Shown piece after piece: positions 45,599 through 55,168 of a stretch of 64,000 bases of DNA. Where the stretch lies: contig DATJAL010000019.1 of assembly GCA_035516255.1 (NCBI GenBank), positions 22,196-86,195 of the forward strand, given 5' to 3'. The position numbers were made by a program, and so were the translations under genes. The stretch comes from Chitinivibrionales bacterium (GTDB lineage Bacteria > Fibrobacterota > Chitinivibrionia > Chitinivibrionales > FEN-1185). The notes under the pieces were generated by a model, which saw only the letters and a list, made by a program, of their open reading frames with translations, was not told the origin of the DNA and made no database searches. How positions within the stretch are numbered: position 1 is the stretch's first letter; every line of letters starts with the position of its first letter.

Positions 45599-46150
45599 TC
45601 AACTTCTTTCCATTCCGATCAGCTTCAAAAACTCATTTCTCGTCGCGTTCTGGCTCCTGAAGCTGCCGAGCATGGCCGAGGTGATCATCTTTGAATTCTG
45701 CTTGGTGACCCCCCGCATCATCATGCAAAGGTGCTGTGCTTCTATCACCACGCCCACGCCTTCGGCTTTGATGGGCTTCATGAGGCACGACGCGATCTGC
45801 TGGGTGAGCCGCTCCTGCACTTGCAGCCTTCGAGCATAACAGTCGACCAACCGCGCGAGCTTGCTCACGCCGTACACCTTGTTCCTTGCGATGTAGCCGA
45901 TGTGACATTTTCCGAAAAAGGGGAGCATGTGGTGTTCGCACATACTGTACACTTCAATGTCGCGCACGATGATCATGTGGTCGCATGATTCCGTGAATAT
46001 CGCTTTTTTGAGGATGTCGCAGGGGTTTTCCCGGTATCCCTGCATCAGGTATTCCAGAGATAATCTTACACGACGGGGCGTGTTGCGGAGCCCTTCGCGC
46101 CTCGGATCTTCTCCGATGGCGACGATGATTTTTTTAATGGCATCTTCCAT
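45599..46150 (-). CDS. folE: GTP cyclohydrolase I
   Basis: [31 protein letters not shown] and H.CMMMRGV blocks. I trim the track ORF to ATG 46150 (MEDAIKK). Confidence 0.92.
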   Translation of the reverse strand: MEDAIKKIIVAIGEDPRREGLRNTPRRVRLSLEYLMQGYRENPCDILKKAIFTESCDHMIIVRDIEVYSMCEHHMLPFFGKCHIGYIARNKVYGVSKLARLVDCYARRLQVQERLTQQIASCLMKPIKAEGVGVVIEAQHLCMMMRGVTKQNSKMITSAMLGSFRSQNATRNEFLKLIGMERS

Positions 46151-46263
46151 TGATTTCCCTCGAAAAGTATGGCGGTGAATATCAAATATTGTTATTTCAT
46201 AATATATATTTTGAAGACACCCTCGATTAATCCTCAATTCGGCCGAACGGGCCCGGAGAAAGA

Positions 46264-47322
46264 ATGGCCTCTGGTGATTCATATAAATCGTACCGGAAAG
46301 CGCTCTTGCTTCTGGCCATCCTTATTATTGTCCTAATCATCGGCAACAACCTTCTCAAAATCTCGCAAATGTCGTCGCGGCCGATGCGGGCGCTTTTCGG
46401 CCAGGAAGTGCCGGACGGCGTGCCGTTTGGCGAGGCGGAAAAAGATTCGGTGAAGAAAAAAATAGCCGGGTTCTGGCAGAGCGTTGCGGCCGTTGATTCG
46501 GCCGTGCCGTTTTTGCGGGTGACCGACAAATTCGAGGTCAAGCCGAACGGCATCTACTGGCGCGTGAAATACACCGTGCTCCTGCTGCCGTCGGGCGACA
46601 GCGCTTCGTACCTCGTGGCTTCCACCGGGTTCATGAGCCCGTATTGCCATTCCGCAACATCCCCGGACAGCATATCGTGCCAAGTGCATTATATTGGACA
46701 GGCGGTCGCGTTCGGCGGCGACAGTTGTTACACCCAATATTCCCGGCCTGATCTTTCGCATTCAATCGTTCCGCAACTGCAGGGCGGAATGCCCAAGCCG
46801 GGCGAGGGGGTGGTGGTGGACACGATCTGGTACCTGGCGGCGAACGGCAGGCGTTTCGAGATTGACAATAAAAAATATTCACCGTATGATACGGCCGGGC
46901 CCGCGCTCTTCTCCTTTTTTCCCAAGGGCAGCACCGAAATGGTGAATAAAATTTCGCTGAGAGAATGCCGCGGTGACCTGTCACCCGAAACGATAATAAA
47001 GCGCGCGCTTGCGTCGGATCTCGCGAAAGTATCGGCGGCGGAACGCTCGCCGCAGGATATTCTTGCGATCATTGACAAATACTACAAGGTGTTGTTTGCG
47101 CAGAACCTGGCGCGGCAGGTGACCTTTTTCAGCAAAGGCACCGTTGACCTATCCCTTGCCGTGACGCCGGAGGGCAAGGTGATTGAACCCAACATCACCA
47201 AGTCTAAGCCCTTGAACATGAAGCTCAACGCCGCGCTTAAAAAGGAGTTGCTCACCTGGGTGTTTCCGGTATGCAAAAGCCAGAATAAGCCGGTAAAGGT
47301 GACGTTTTCATTTGCCTATTGA
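46264..47322 (+). CDS. Membrane-anchored hypothetical protein with TonB-C-like C-terminal domain
   Basis: Single [16 protein letters not shown]. The last 80 aa or so ([20 protein letters not shown]...[15 protein letters not shown]...VKVTFSFAY) follow the TonB C-terminal pattern. The middle region is unrecognised. Confidence 0.55.
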   Translation: MASGDSYKSYRKALLLLAILIIVLIIGNNLLKISQMSSRPMRALFGQEVPDGVPFGEAEKDSVKKKIAGFWQSVAAVDSAVPFLRVTDKFEVKPNGIYWRVKYTVLLLPSGDSASYLVASTGFMSPYCHSATSPDSISCQVHYIGQAVAFGGDSCYTQYSRPDLSHSIVPQLQGGMPKPGEGVVVDTIWYLAANGRRFEIDNKKYSPYDTAGPALFSFFPKGSTEMVNKISLRECRGDLSPETIIKRALASDLAKVSAAERSPQDILAIIDKYYKVLFAQNLARQVTFFSKGTVDLSLAVTPEGKVIEPNITKSKPLNMKLNAALKKELLTWVFPVCKSQNKPVKVTFSFAY

Positions 47323-47392
47323 CGGGGTTCAATGGTAACGGGCGTCATTGGACTTATTTTAATGCGCTCTCCGTCGCGCGTAAAAGGCAATT

Positions 47393-48199
47393 ATGGATAA
47401 ACTCGAACATCTTAAACGGATCATCGGCAAATATAAATCGGCCGTGGTCGCATTTTCGGGCGGCGCCGACAGCACGTTTCTCGCATGGGCGTGCAAAACA
47501 GTGCTCGGCGACAAGGTAATGCTCGTTACCGCACATTCAAAGACCTATCCCGAATCCGAACTCGAGGGTACAAAAAAAACGGCAAAACTGCTGGGTTTGA
47601 ATCACCGCGTCATCGTATCGGAGGAAATAGACATTCCGGGATTTTCGGACAATCCGCCGAACCGGTGCTATTATTGCAAAAGCGAGCTGTTTTCCAAAAT
47701 TAAAGCGATCGCGGCAAAGGAGGGCTATGACGCCGTGTTCGATGGCAGCAACAGCGATGATTTGAAGGACTACCGGCCCGGCAGAAAAGCACTCAGTGAG
47801 CTCGGCATCATTTCGCCCATGGTCGAGGCCGGCCTCACCAAGGATGTAATCCGTTCATATTCGAAAAGCGCAGGCCTCCCCACCGCCGCCAAGCCATCGT
47901 TTGCCTGTTTCGCCTCGCGATTTCCCTACGGCGAAAAAATAACGGAACAGAAACTTTCCAGAGTCGGGGAGTCCGAGTGTATTTTGCGGGAAATGGGGTT
48001 CACGCAATTCAGGGTCCGCAGCCATGGCGACCTTGCCCGCATCGAATTCATCCAAAACGAAATGGACCGTGGCTGGTCCATGCGTGCGCAGATTGAGGAA
48101 AAACTGAAGCAGAACGGTTTTACCTATGTGGCGATTGACACAAAAGGATACAGGACAGGCGCGATGAACGAGGCGCTGAAACAGTCTGAGCGGAAGTAA
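47393..48199 (+). CDS. larE: ATP-dependent sacrificial sulfur transferase LarE-like (PP-loop ATPase)
   Basis: PP-loop VVAFSGGADST, CYYCK, and SFACFASRFPYGE containing the LarE-type Cys. Confidence 0.8.
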   Translation: MDKLEHLKRIIGKYKSAVVAFSGGADSTFLAWACKTVLGDKVMLVTAHSKTYPESELEGTKKTAKLLGLNHRVIVSEEIDIPGFSDNPPNRCYYCKSELFSKIKAIAAKEGYDAVFDGSNSDDLKDYRPGRKALSELGIISPMVEAGLTKDVIRSYSKSAGLPTAAKPSFACFASRFPYGEKITEQKLSRVGESECILREMGFTQFRVRSHGDLARIEFIQNEMDRGWSMRAQIEEKLKQNGFTYVAIDTKGYRTGAMNEALKQSERK

Positions 48200-48220
48200 A
48201 GCGGCCTTTAAGGAACCCGT

Positions 48221-48592
48221 ATGGCAGGCCAACAGAAATTCACCATGGAATTGGACGAAAAGCTCCAAATAATCCGGAATCATGTTTTTGGCGAGCTTGA
48301 CGAAAACCTTGCGCGGATGCTTACCGATGCGGTAGCTAAAATAGAGCCCAGGCTTAAAAATCCGGACAAGGTGAGGATCCTTGTTTTCTTGAATATAGGC
48401 GGCAAGGGGACGTCCAGTGGCCGTAAGATACTCGTGGAAAACATAAAACGTCCGCGCTTTTACAGAATGGCAATTGTCGGCAGCAACCCTTATATGAGGG
48501 CATTGGGTGCCTTTATTCTTGTTGCCATGGGAATAAACAAGCTGAAGCTTTTTTCAAACGAGAGGGATGCAATACAATGGCTGAATGAGTGA
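48221..48592 (+). CDS. STAS/SEC14 (SpoIIAA-like, DUF3478-type) domain protein, paralog 1 of 3
   Basis: 123 aa. Shared pattern LDEKLQIIR...G.L.E..A......KNPDKVRIL.......T..GRKI..EN.KRP.F.R.AIVG......A......G.NK.KLF..E.DA.QWL.E. Confidence 0.7.
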   Translation: MAGQQKFTMELDEKLQIIRNHVFGELDENLARMLTDAVAKIEPRLKNPDKVRILVFLNIGGKGTSSGRKILVENIKRPRFYRMAIVGSNPYMRALGAFILVAMGINKLKLFSNERDAIQWLNE

Positions 48593-48604
48593 CGGGGGGG
48601 CTTC

Positions 48605-48976
48605 TTGTCCGGTACTAACAATTACAGGGTGCTTCTCGATGAAAAAGAGCAAGTCATCCGGCAATATATCGAGGGCGCGGTTGACGAAGCCGAGGCCATG
48701 GATATACAGACCAAAACCGGGGAGGCGATCCCGTTGCTCAAAAATCCCGATCAGGTCAAGTTGCTTATTTTCACTACGACCCTGGGAAAAACAACGCCGA
48801 AGGCCAGAAGAATTTTTTATGAAAACGTAAAAAGACCGGCATTGCAAAAGGTCGCAGTCATCGGGACCAGCGCACTTGTAAAAGCGTTCATTACGTTTGT
48901 ACTCATCATCAGCAACTCGAAAAAGGTGAGATTGTTTACCGCCGAACAGGAAGCATTGCAGTGGCTCCATGAGTGA
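48605..48976 (+). CDS. STAS/SEC14 (SpoIIAA-like) domain protein, paralog 2 of 3
   Basis: 123 aa with a TTG start. Colinear with paralogs 1 and 3 (LDEKEQVIRQ, KNPDQVKLLIF, KARRIFYENVKRP, VAVIG, LFTAEQEALQWLHE). Confidence 0.65.
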   Translation: MSGTNNYRVLLDEKEQVIRQYIEGAVDEAEAMDIQTKTGEAIPLLKNPDQVKLLIFTTTLGKTTPKARRIFYENVKRPALQKVAVIGTSALVKAFITFVLIISNSKKVRLFTAEQEALQWLHE

Positions 48977-49367
48977 GATGCCGAAGGAAAAAGATGCACC
49001 GGGGAAAGCCCGTTACACCGTGCAGTTCGACGAAAAGCTCCAGATCATTCGGCAGGAAATCGAAGGTGAACTGACCGAGGAAGACGCCCGTGCCCTATCG
49101 GCGGCGAGTTCGGCGCTTGTCGACGCCTCGAAAGATCCGGGCAAGGTGCGGATTCTCATCAAACATGCAAATTTCATCAGGACGCCGTCGAAGGCGCGGA
49201 AAATATTCATGAACGATCTGAAGCGAAGCAATCTTTACAGAATTGCCGTCGTGGGACAGAGTCCCGGTATAAAGGCGATACTTTTTTTTCTTTCCTTGGC
49301 CACCGGCCTTAACAAGATGAAAATGTTCAGCAATGAACGGGAAGCGGTACGCTGGCTGTTTGAATAG
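48969..49367 (+). CDS. STAS/SEC14 (SpoIIAA-like) domain protein, paralog 3 of 3
   Basis: 132 aa. ATG overlaps the paralog 2 stop by 8 nt. FDEKLQIIRQ, KDPGKVRILI, KARKIFMNDLKR, IAVVG, MFSNEREAVRWLFE. Confidence 0.7.
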   Translation: MSEMPKEKDAPGKARYTVQFDEKLQIIRQEIEGELTEEDARALSAASSALVDASKDPGKVRILIKHANFIRTPSKARKIFMNDLKRSNLYRIAVVGQSPGIKAILFFLSLATGLNKMKMFSNEREAVRWLFE

Positions 49368-49430
49368 CACGGCACCATAGAAAAATTCCCGCCAATTGGA
49401 GCGGTGTTCTTCAATCGGGGAACCACAACA

Positions 49431-52400
49431 ATGTCCTCATCGTCCGAAGAATATAAAAAGTCGGTTAAGAAGAATCTCGACCTCATACTCGAGGCGTTTG
49501 CGCGCGTCGCGGTCGGAGATTTTTCTAAACGCATCGACCTTTCTCAACTTCCGCCGGACGACGATTTTACCACGACGCTCTGCGGCCTCGACATGATGAT
49601 GGACGACCTCATCGATGCGCAGAAGGAGCTTGCGGAGATACATCAGAAACTCGAACAGCAGGTTTCTGAGCGGACCTCCCAGCTTACCGCTGCCAACAAA
49701 CAGCTCAATTGCGAAATAGAAGAACGGAAAAAGATAGAGGCCAGCCTCCGTGAAAGCGAAGAACATTACCGGCTGCTCGCGGAATCGGCCGATGATTTCA
49801 TCTACATCTTTGACAGAGGCATGAACATTACCTATGCGAATAATGCCGTGACCCGGCTGGTTGGCAGGCCTAAAGAGGAGATCGTAGGAAGAAATGTGCA
49901 AGACCTGCTCCCAGTCCCCGGGATCAGACTTCGTTCCATGGACGAGCTGTTGAAGGCAGTTAATGACAAGGTATCCTTGTCGCGGCAGATGAAGATGCGT
50001 TTTCCCTCGGGAGAAATTTGGATTGATACGGTGCTCGTGCCGATAGCCGACCCAAAAGGCGACGTCACCTCTATGATGGGAATATCGCGTGACATCACCC
50101 AGCAGAAGCAAGCCGCCGATGCCCTTGCTGAACGGGAAAAATTCCTGGCTGATATTTTTTCCAGTTTCCAGGACGGCATCAGCGTGCTCGACAGCGATCT
50201 CACCATCCTGCGCGTCAACGCCAAAATGGAGCAATGGTATGCCCATGCTATGCCGATAGTGGGAAAAAAGTGCTACGCGGTATATCATTCACGTACCGAG
50301 CCTTGCCACGCGTGTCCCAGCATCGCTGCCATCCGCACGAAAAAAGCGGCCTATGAGGTAGTTCCTCTTCACGGGGAAAATGGCCAGGTGCTCGGCTGGC
50401 AGGACCTCTACGCATTCCCCATGTTCGATGAAGGAAGCGGCAAGGTAAAAGGCGTCATCGAGCAGGTGCGTGACATCACGGTCCGGCGCCAGGCGGAGGA
50501 AAAACTCAAACAGAGCGAGGCGTTGTTCCGCACGCTCGCCGAAACCGCGGGCGCGGGAATTTTCATCGTTAAAAACATGAAGATATGCTATGTCAACACA
50601 CGTTTGACGATTGCGACCGGTTATACAAAAGAAGAATTGCTTGGAATGAATTTCTGGGACATTGTCCACCCGGATTTCAGAGAAGAAATCAAGCAACGCT
50701 ATGCGGCCCGAATGCGCGGGGAACAGTTAAATCCGGAATATGAATTTAAATTTTTAAGAAAAGACGGCACCGATGGATGGGTCAGCCATTTTGTCGGATT
50801 GATCGAATATGAGGGCGGGCCCGCGGTCATCGGGACCCTGTTTATCACCACCGAACGCAAAAAGGCCGAACAGGCGCTCGCCGAAGAAAAGGAACTGCTT
50901 TCGGTCACCATGGCGAGCATCGGCGACGGCGTCGTGTCCACCGACAACAACGGCGTCGTTCTCACCATCAATAAAAACGCGATGGAAATCGCGGGCGACC
51001 TTTCCGGCGGGCCGGCGGGCAGGCATATCGATGAGGTGATGTGCTTTATTGACGAAAAGACAAAGGAGCCTTTTCCGAATATCATCTGCACGATGGTAAA
51101 GCGCTATGGAATCCAGCGGCACGAACGGCGCGTCATGCTGCGAAACGCGAAAGGTGCGGAGCGCCTGGTCGATCTTTCGGTCGCGCCCATCACCACCGAC
51201 AAGGGTGCGACCATAGGCATGGTGCTGGTGTTCAGGGACGTCACCGAGCGGCAAAAACTCGAGGAGGAGCTTTTCAAGGCCAGAAAGCTCGAGTCCTTGG
51301 GCGTGCTTGCGGGCGGGATCGCCCACGATTTCAACAACATTCTCACCGGCGTGATCACCAACCTTTTCATGGCCAAGGTAAGGATTAAATCCGATAAAGA
51401 AACGCAACAGCTCATTGCCGAAGCGGAAAAAGCGTCGTTCAGGGCGAGCAAGCTCGTGAAACAATTGCTCACCTTTTCAAAAGGTGGCGCACCTGTCAAG
51501 GAAGCGGTTTCCGTCAAGGACATCATCGAGGACAGCGTCGGGTTCTGCCTTTCGGGCTCAAACGTCAGTTACAAGCTCGAGATCGCGCCCGATCTTTCCC
51601 TGGTGGAGGCCGACCGCGGGCAGATCGACCAGGTGCTGAACAACCTCATCATCAACGCGGACCAGGCGATGCCCAGCGGCGGTCACATCACCGTCAAGGC
51701 CGAAAACATAACGCTTCCCGCGGCGGGCCAGGGCGCGGAGTCCCCGGAACCCGCGCTGCCCTCAGGCGCATATGTAAAGGTCACGGTGGCGGACCAGGGC
51801 GTCGGGATCCCCAAGGAGGATCTGGAGAAGATATTCGATCCGTATTTCACCACCAAGCCCAACGGAAACGGCTTGGGACTCACCATCGCCTATTCAATCA
51901 TCAAAAGCCACAAGGGGTTCATCGCCGTCGATTCACAGGTGGGAAAAGGGACCGTTTTTTCATTTTTTCTCCCCGTCGCGCAGCCAGCGCCCGCTCCTTG
52001 GGGTCCGGGTGCGCACGCAGCGGGACCGCCCGGGACCATGCGGGTGCTCGTCATGGACGACGACAGCGCGGTGCGGGTCGTCGTCACCCAGCTGTTGAAA
52101 AACTCCGGGTACAAAGTTGTTTGCACTTCTTCCGGCGAGGAGAGCATAACGGCATACGGTGAGGCAATGCGGTCCGGCGACCCGTTTGACGTCGTGGTCA
52201 TGGACCTGACCGTTCCCGGCGGCATGGGCGGCAAAGAGACGGTGCAAAAAATCCTGGAGCTGGATCCCAAGGCCAAGGTAATTGTTTCCAGCGGGTATTC
52301 AAACGATCCGATCATGGCGAATTTCAGGGACTATGGATTTTGCGGCGTCATTGCCAAACCGTTCAACATTGATGAGTTCCTCAGCGTAATACAAAAGACG

Positions 52401-52460
52401 ATTGCCGCTTCTTCAACCAAGGATGAAAAAAAAAGTGACCAGGAGCGCTGTCATGCGTAG
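49431..52460 (+). CDS. Soluble hybrid sensor histidine kinase (HAMP-like fragment, coiled coil, about four PAS domains, HisKA, HATPase, receiver)
   Basis: No TM segment. PAS-type blocks (YRLLAESADDFIYIFD, FRTLAETAGAGIFI, etc.). H-box GGIAHDFNNIL, N-box NLIINADQAM, G-boxes DQGVGIP and GNGLGL. Receiver VLVMDDD...DVVVMDLTVPGGMGG...KPF. Start is ATG 49431 or GTG 49404. Confidence 0.9.
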   Translation: MSSSSEEYKKSVKKNLDLILEAFARVAVGDFSKRIDLSQLPPDDDFTTTLCGLDMMMDDLIDAQKELAEIHQKLEQQVSERTSQLTAANKQLNCEIEERKKIEASLRESEEHYRLLAESADDFIYIFDRGMNITYANNAVTRLVGRPKEEIVGRNVQDLLPVPGIRLRSMDELLKAVNDKVSLSRQMKMRFPSGEIWIDTVLVPIADPKGDVTSMMGISRDITQQKQAADALAEREKFLADIFSSFQDGISVLDSDLTILRVNAKMEQWYAHAMPIVGKKCYAVYHSRTEPCHACPSIAAIRTKKAAYEVVPLHGENGQVLGWQDLYAFPMFDEGSGKVKGVIEQVRDITVRRQAEEKLKQSEALFRTLAETAGAGIFIVKNMKICYVNTRLTIATGYTKEELLGMNFWDIVHPDFREEIKQRYAARMRGEQLNPEYEFKFLRKDGTDGWVSHFVGLIEYEGGPAVIGTLFITTERKKAEQALAEEKELLSVTMASIGDGVVSTDNNGVVLTINKNAMEIAGDLSGGPAGRHIDEVMCFIDEKTKEPFPNIICTMVKRYGIQRHERRVMLRNAKGAERLVDLSVAPITTDKGATIGMVLVFRDVTERQKLEEELFKARKLESLGVLAGGIAHDFNNILTGVITNLFMAKVRIKSDKETQQLIAEAEKASFRASKLVKQLLTFSKGGAPVKEAVSVKDIIEDSVGFCLSGSNVSYKLEIAPDLSLVEADRGQIDQVLNNLIINADQAMPSGGHITVKAENITLPAAGQGAESPEPALPSGAYVKVTVADQGVGIPKEDLEKIFDPYFTTKPNGNGLGLTIAYSIIKSHKGFIAVDSQVGKGTVFSFFLPVAQPAPAPWGPGAHAAGPPGTMRVLVMDDDSAVRVVVTQLLKNSGYKVVCTSSGEESITAYGEAMRSGDPFDVVVMDLTVPGGMGGKETVQKILELDPKAKVIVSSGYSNDPIMANFRDYGFCGVIAKPFNIDEFLSVIQKTIAASSTKDEKKSDQERCHA

Positions 52461-54426
52461 TGTGAAAATCGTTCTTTGGACCGTGGTTTCGCTGATTGCC
52501 GCGGTTTCTTTTGCCGTGGTGGTCGGCCTGGTGAACCCGGCCGAAAAGGTGAATGCCCTGTGGATCGTGACCGCCGCGGCGTGTTTCTTCGCGGTCACCT
52601 ACCGGTTTTATTCCAGTTTTATCGCCGCAAAGGTGCTGTCGATTGACGAACGCAGAAAAACACCCGCCATCCGCCTCAACGACGGACTCGATTACGATCC
52701 CACCAACCGGTGGGTGCTGTTCGGCCACCATTTTGCGGCGATCGCCGGCGCCGGGCCGCTCATCGGCCCCATGCTGGCCGCGCAATTCGGGTATCTTCCC
52801 GGCTTTCTATGGATACTCATCGGCTCGGCCCTTGCGGGTGGCGTGCATGACTTCGTTCTTCTCACGGCGTCGGTGCGGCGCAACGGCCAATCGCTCGCGC
52901 AGATCGCGAAGAACGAAATCGGACCGGTGGGCGGCTTTGCCGCCTCGCTGGCGATCCTGTTCATCATCGTCGTGGCGCTCGCAGGGCTCGGGCTCGCCGT
53001 TGTCAATGCGCTCAAGCAGAATTCGTGGGGGACGTTCACGATCGGCCTTACCATCCCGATAGCCCTGGTCATGGGATTCTATCTGCGGTACCTGCGGCCC
53101 GGCAAGGTGGGCGAGGTGAGCCTCATCGGCGTGAGCCTTCTTATCTTCGCCGTCATCGTCGGCGGCAGGATTCCGCATTCGTCAATCGCGCATTTCTTCA
53201 TGCTCACCGACAAACAGCTGGTGGTCGCTCTGGTCGTGTACGGGTTCGTGGCGTCGGTGCTCCCCGTGTGGATGCTTTTGTGCCCGCGTGATTATTTGTC
53301 AACCTATATGAAAATCGGTACCATCTCCATGCTCGCGATCGGGGTGGTGTTCATGGCGCCGGTGCTCCAGATGCCGCCGGTGACCAGGTTCATTGCGGGC
53401 GGCGGGCCCGTCATCCCCGGAAAGCTGTTTCCGTTCATGTTCATCACCATCGCGTGCGGCGCCATTTCGGGGTTTCACGCGCTCATCGCGTCGGGCACCA
53501 CGCCCAAGATGATCATGACCGAAAAGGACATCCGCATGATCGGCTACGGCGCCATGGTCACCGAGGGATTTGTCTCGATCATGGCGCTCATCGCGGCCAC
53601 CATCCTCATCCCCGGCGATTATTTCGCCATCAACACGAAACTGGCGTTTGACAAGATAGCTGCGCTCGGGTTTCCCGTCTCGCAGATCAACGACCTCTCG
53701 GCCATGGTAGGGCTCAATGTGGTGGGCAGGCCGGGCGGCGCCGTGTCGCTGGCCGTGGGCATGACCACGATTCTCTCGCACATTCCCGGCATGAAAGGCG
53801 TGATGCCGTACTGGTTCACGTTCGCCCTCATGTTCGAGGCGCTTTTCATTCTCACCACGGTCGACGCGGGAACGCGCGTCGCGCGCTTTTTGCTCCAGGA
53901 AATGGGAGGGTACGTTTACAAACCCATGGCGAAGCTGCGCTGGGCGCCGGGCATGATCGGCACGAGCCTGCTCGTGGTGGGCGCGTGGGGATACCTCATT
54001 TACAACGGGAGCATCTCCACCATCTGGCCCATGTTCGGCGTCTCGAACCAGCTCCTGGCCGCCATCGCGCTCGGCGTGGGGACCACGGTGATCATCAAGT
54101 ACGGCAAGGCCAAATATTCGTGGATCACCATCGTTCCCATGGCGTTCATGTTCGTGACCACGCTGACCGCGGCCTGGCAGCTTTTCTCCATGTTCCGCGT
54201 GAAAGCTGCGGCCGCAACCGTCGCGGCCGACAAGTTCAACTTCAGCCTCGACGCGACCCTGGTGGCGGTCATGGCGGCGCTTGCGGTGATTTCTCTTGGG
54301 GATATGCTTTACAAGTGGTACGGGTATTTGAGGGGGACGAGGGAGATGAAGATGAGCGAGGTGATCGAATATGCGGACGGGGAAAAAGGGGTAAGTGATC
54401 CTGGAATTAAATATATGCTTGATTGA
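52453..54426 (+). CDS. cstA: Carbon starvation protein A family transporter (peptide/pyruvate transporter family)
   Basis: WTVVSLIAAVSFA..., YRFYSSFIAAKVL, DYDPTNRWVLFGHHFAAIAGAGPLIGP and many TM helices. ATG 52453 overlaps the kinase stop by 8 nt. Confidence 0.92.
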   Translation: MRSVKIVLWTVVSLIAAVSFAVVVGLVNPAEKVNALWIVTAAACFFAVTYRFYSSFIAAKVLSIDERRKTPAIRLNDGLDYDPTNRWVLFGHHFAAIAGAGPLIGPMLAAQFGYLPGFLWILIGSALAGGVHDFVLLTASVRRNGQSLAQIAKNEIGPVGGFAASLAILFIIVVALAGLGLAVVNALKQNSWGTFTIGLTIPIALVMGFYLRYLRPGKVGEVSLIGVSLLIFAVIVGGRIPHSSIAHFFMLTDKQLVVALVVYGFVASVLPVWMLLCPRDYLSTYMKIGTISMLAIGVVFMAPVLQMPPVTRFIAGGGPVIPGKLFPFMFITIACGAISGFHALIASGTTPKMIMTEKDIRMIGYGAMVTEGFVSIMALIAATILIPGDYFAINTKLAFDKIAALGFPVSQINDLSAMVGLNVVGRPGGAVSLAVGMTTILSHIPGMKGVMPYWFTFALMFEALFILTTVDAGTRVARFLLQEMGGYVYKPMAKLRWAPGMIGTSLLVVGAWGYLIYNGSISTIWPMFGVSNQLLAAIALGVGTTVIIKYGKAKYSWITIVPMAFMFVTTLTAAWQLFSMFRVKAAAATVAADKFNFSLDATLVAVMAALAVISLGDMLYKWYGYLRGTREMKMSEVIEYADGEKGVSDPGIKYMLD

Positions 54427-54875
54427 TGGGATGTTGGATGAAATGTCATTCCATAACAATCGCACTGATGCTTTTTGTGATGTCTTGTTTGGCCGGGAAT
54501 GCCTCATCTCAAATTAAAGATACAGTCAAAATTCAGAAGCAAGCCGTCAATACTTCCAGCAATGACAGCTTAAAATTTGATTTTCATGTAGTTGGTATCG
54601 ATTGTGGCGGTCCAAAGGTAAAGCATCATAAAGATACCTCCTCAATAATAAATAAAACTTTAAGGATCCAATTTGTAAAAGGGGGTAGCGGCTGTAATTA
54701 TAATTGCAGGCTTGATAATAATGGCGATACATTAAATATTCGCTGCGGTTGTATCAAAGGTTCTGAGATGCAACATTTGGCATGTTATCTAATCAAATGC
54801 AAAATAACTGGACTCTCAAAAGGAACCTACTTCCTGAACTACGGCAGCGGAATCAAACAAATCCTCATCAAGTAA
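54426..54875 (+). CDS. Small AT-rich lipoprotein, hypothetical
   Basis: ATG overlaps the cstA TGA (TGATG). Lipobox LFVMSC. Composition is clearly more AT-rich than the neighbours. No family recognised. Confidence 0.5.
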   Translation: MGCWMKCHSITIALMLFVMSCLAGNASSQIKDTVKIQKQAVNTSSNDSLKFDFHVVGIDCGGPKVKHHKDTSSIINKTLRIQFVKGGSGCNYNCRLDNNGDTLNIRCGCIKGSEMQHLACYLIKCKITGLSKGTYFLNYGSGIKQILIK

Positions 54876-54944
54876 CATTTCTTTCCCAACCAATCTGCCC
54901 GATCGGCGCCACTAATGATCATTGACTAAACGGAAATCCGCCGC

Positions 54945-55107
54945 CGCGTTAGGTGGACCGGAGGGTGAGCAAGAGCGAATTGCCGGCCGACCCTTCGCCG
55001 AAGGCGACTTTGGGCGGTCCGGCAACGAGGCCGAAAGGCCGAGCCCGTAGGGAGACCGACCCGAGCCTTTGCGTTAGCAAAGGGGAGGGGAACGCCCAAC
55101 TTTTTTT
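54945..55107 (+). ncRNA. Candidate structured RNA of unknown class upstream of tRNA-Pro
   Basis: Non-coding-looking GC-rich stretch. It has an enclosing pair GGACCG (54955-60)/CGGTCC (55015-20) and an inner TCGCC-GAA-GGCGA hairpin. It also has GGCC-GAAA-GGCC (55029-40) and a 7-bp CCTTTGC-GTTA-GCAAAGG hairpin (55066-83), and ends in T7 (55101-07). Strand and ends are inferred. Confidence 0.3.
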
Positions 55108-55168
55108 CTTACCCTTATTACTCCTTGCCCCCCGCCACAGGCTTAAGATATTTTATATCACTTAAAAC

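Noticed and set aside
45570-45600. GTTGACCGTCAACGGTCAAC palindrome downstream of folE as an operator site
   Set aside because: The stem has a 1-nt centre and cannot form a hairpin. With a single occurrence and no associated regulator, nothing can be concluded.
53299-54507. 402-aa minus-strand ORF antisense to cstA
   Set aside because: The R/H/D/G/E low-complexity product lies opposite a clear multi-TM CstA gene, so it is an antisense artefact.
54953-55165. 70-aa ORF over the hairpin-rich region
   Set aside because: The product is R/P/G/K-rich, there is no RBS, and the DNA is dominated by stem-loops, so non-coding is more likely. I also tried to read it as SRP RNA, RNase P RNA or tmRNA. The conserved cores I remember (GGUCCGGAAGGAAGCAGC, GAGGAAAGUCC, and the tRNA-like ends) are absent.
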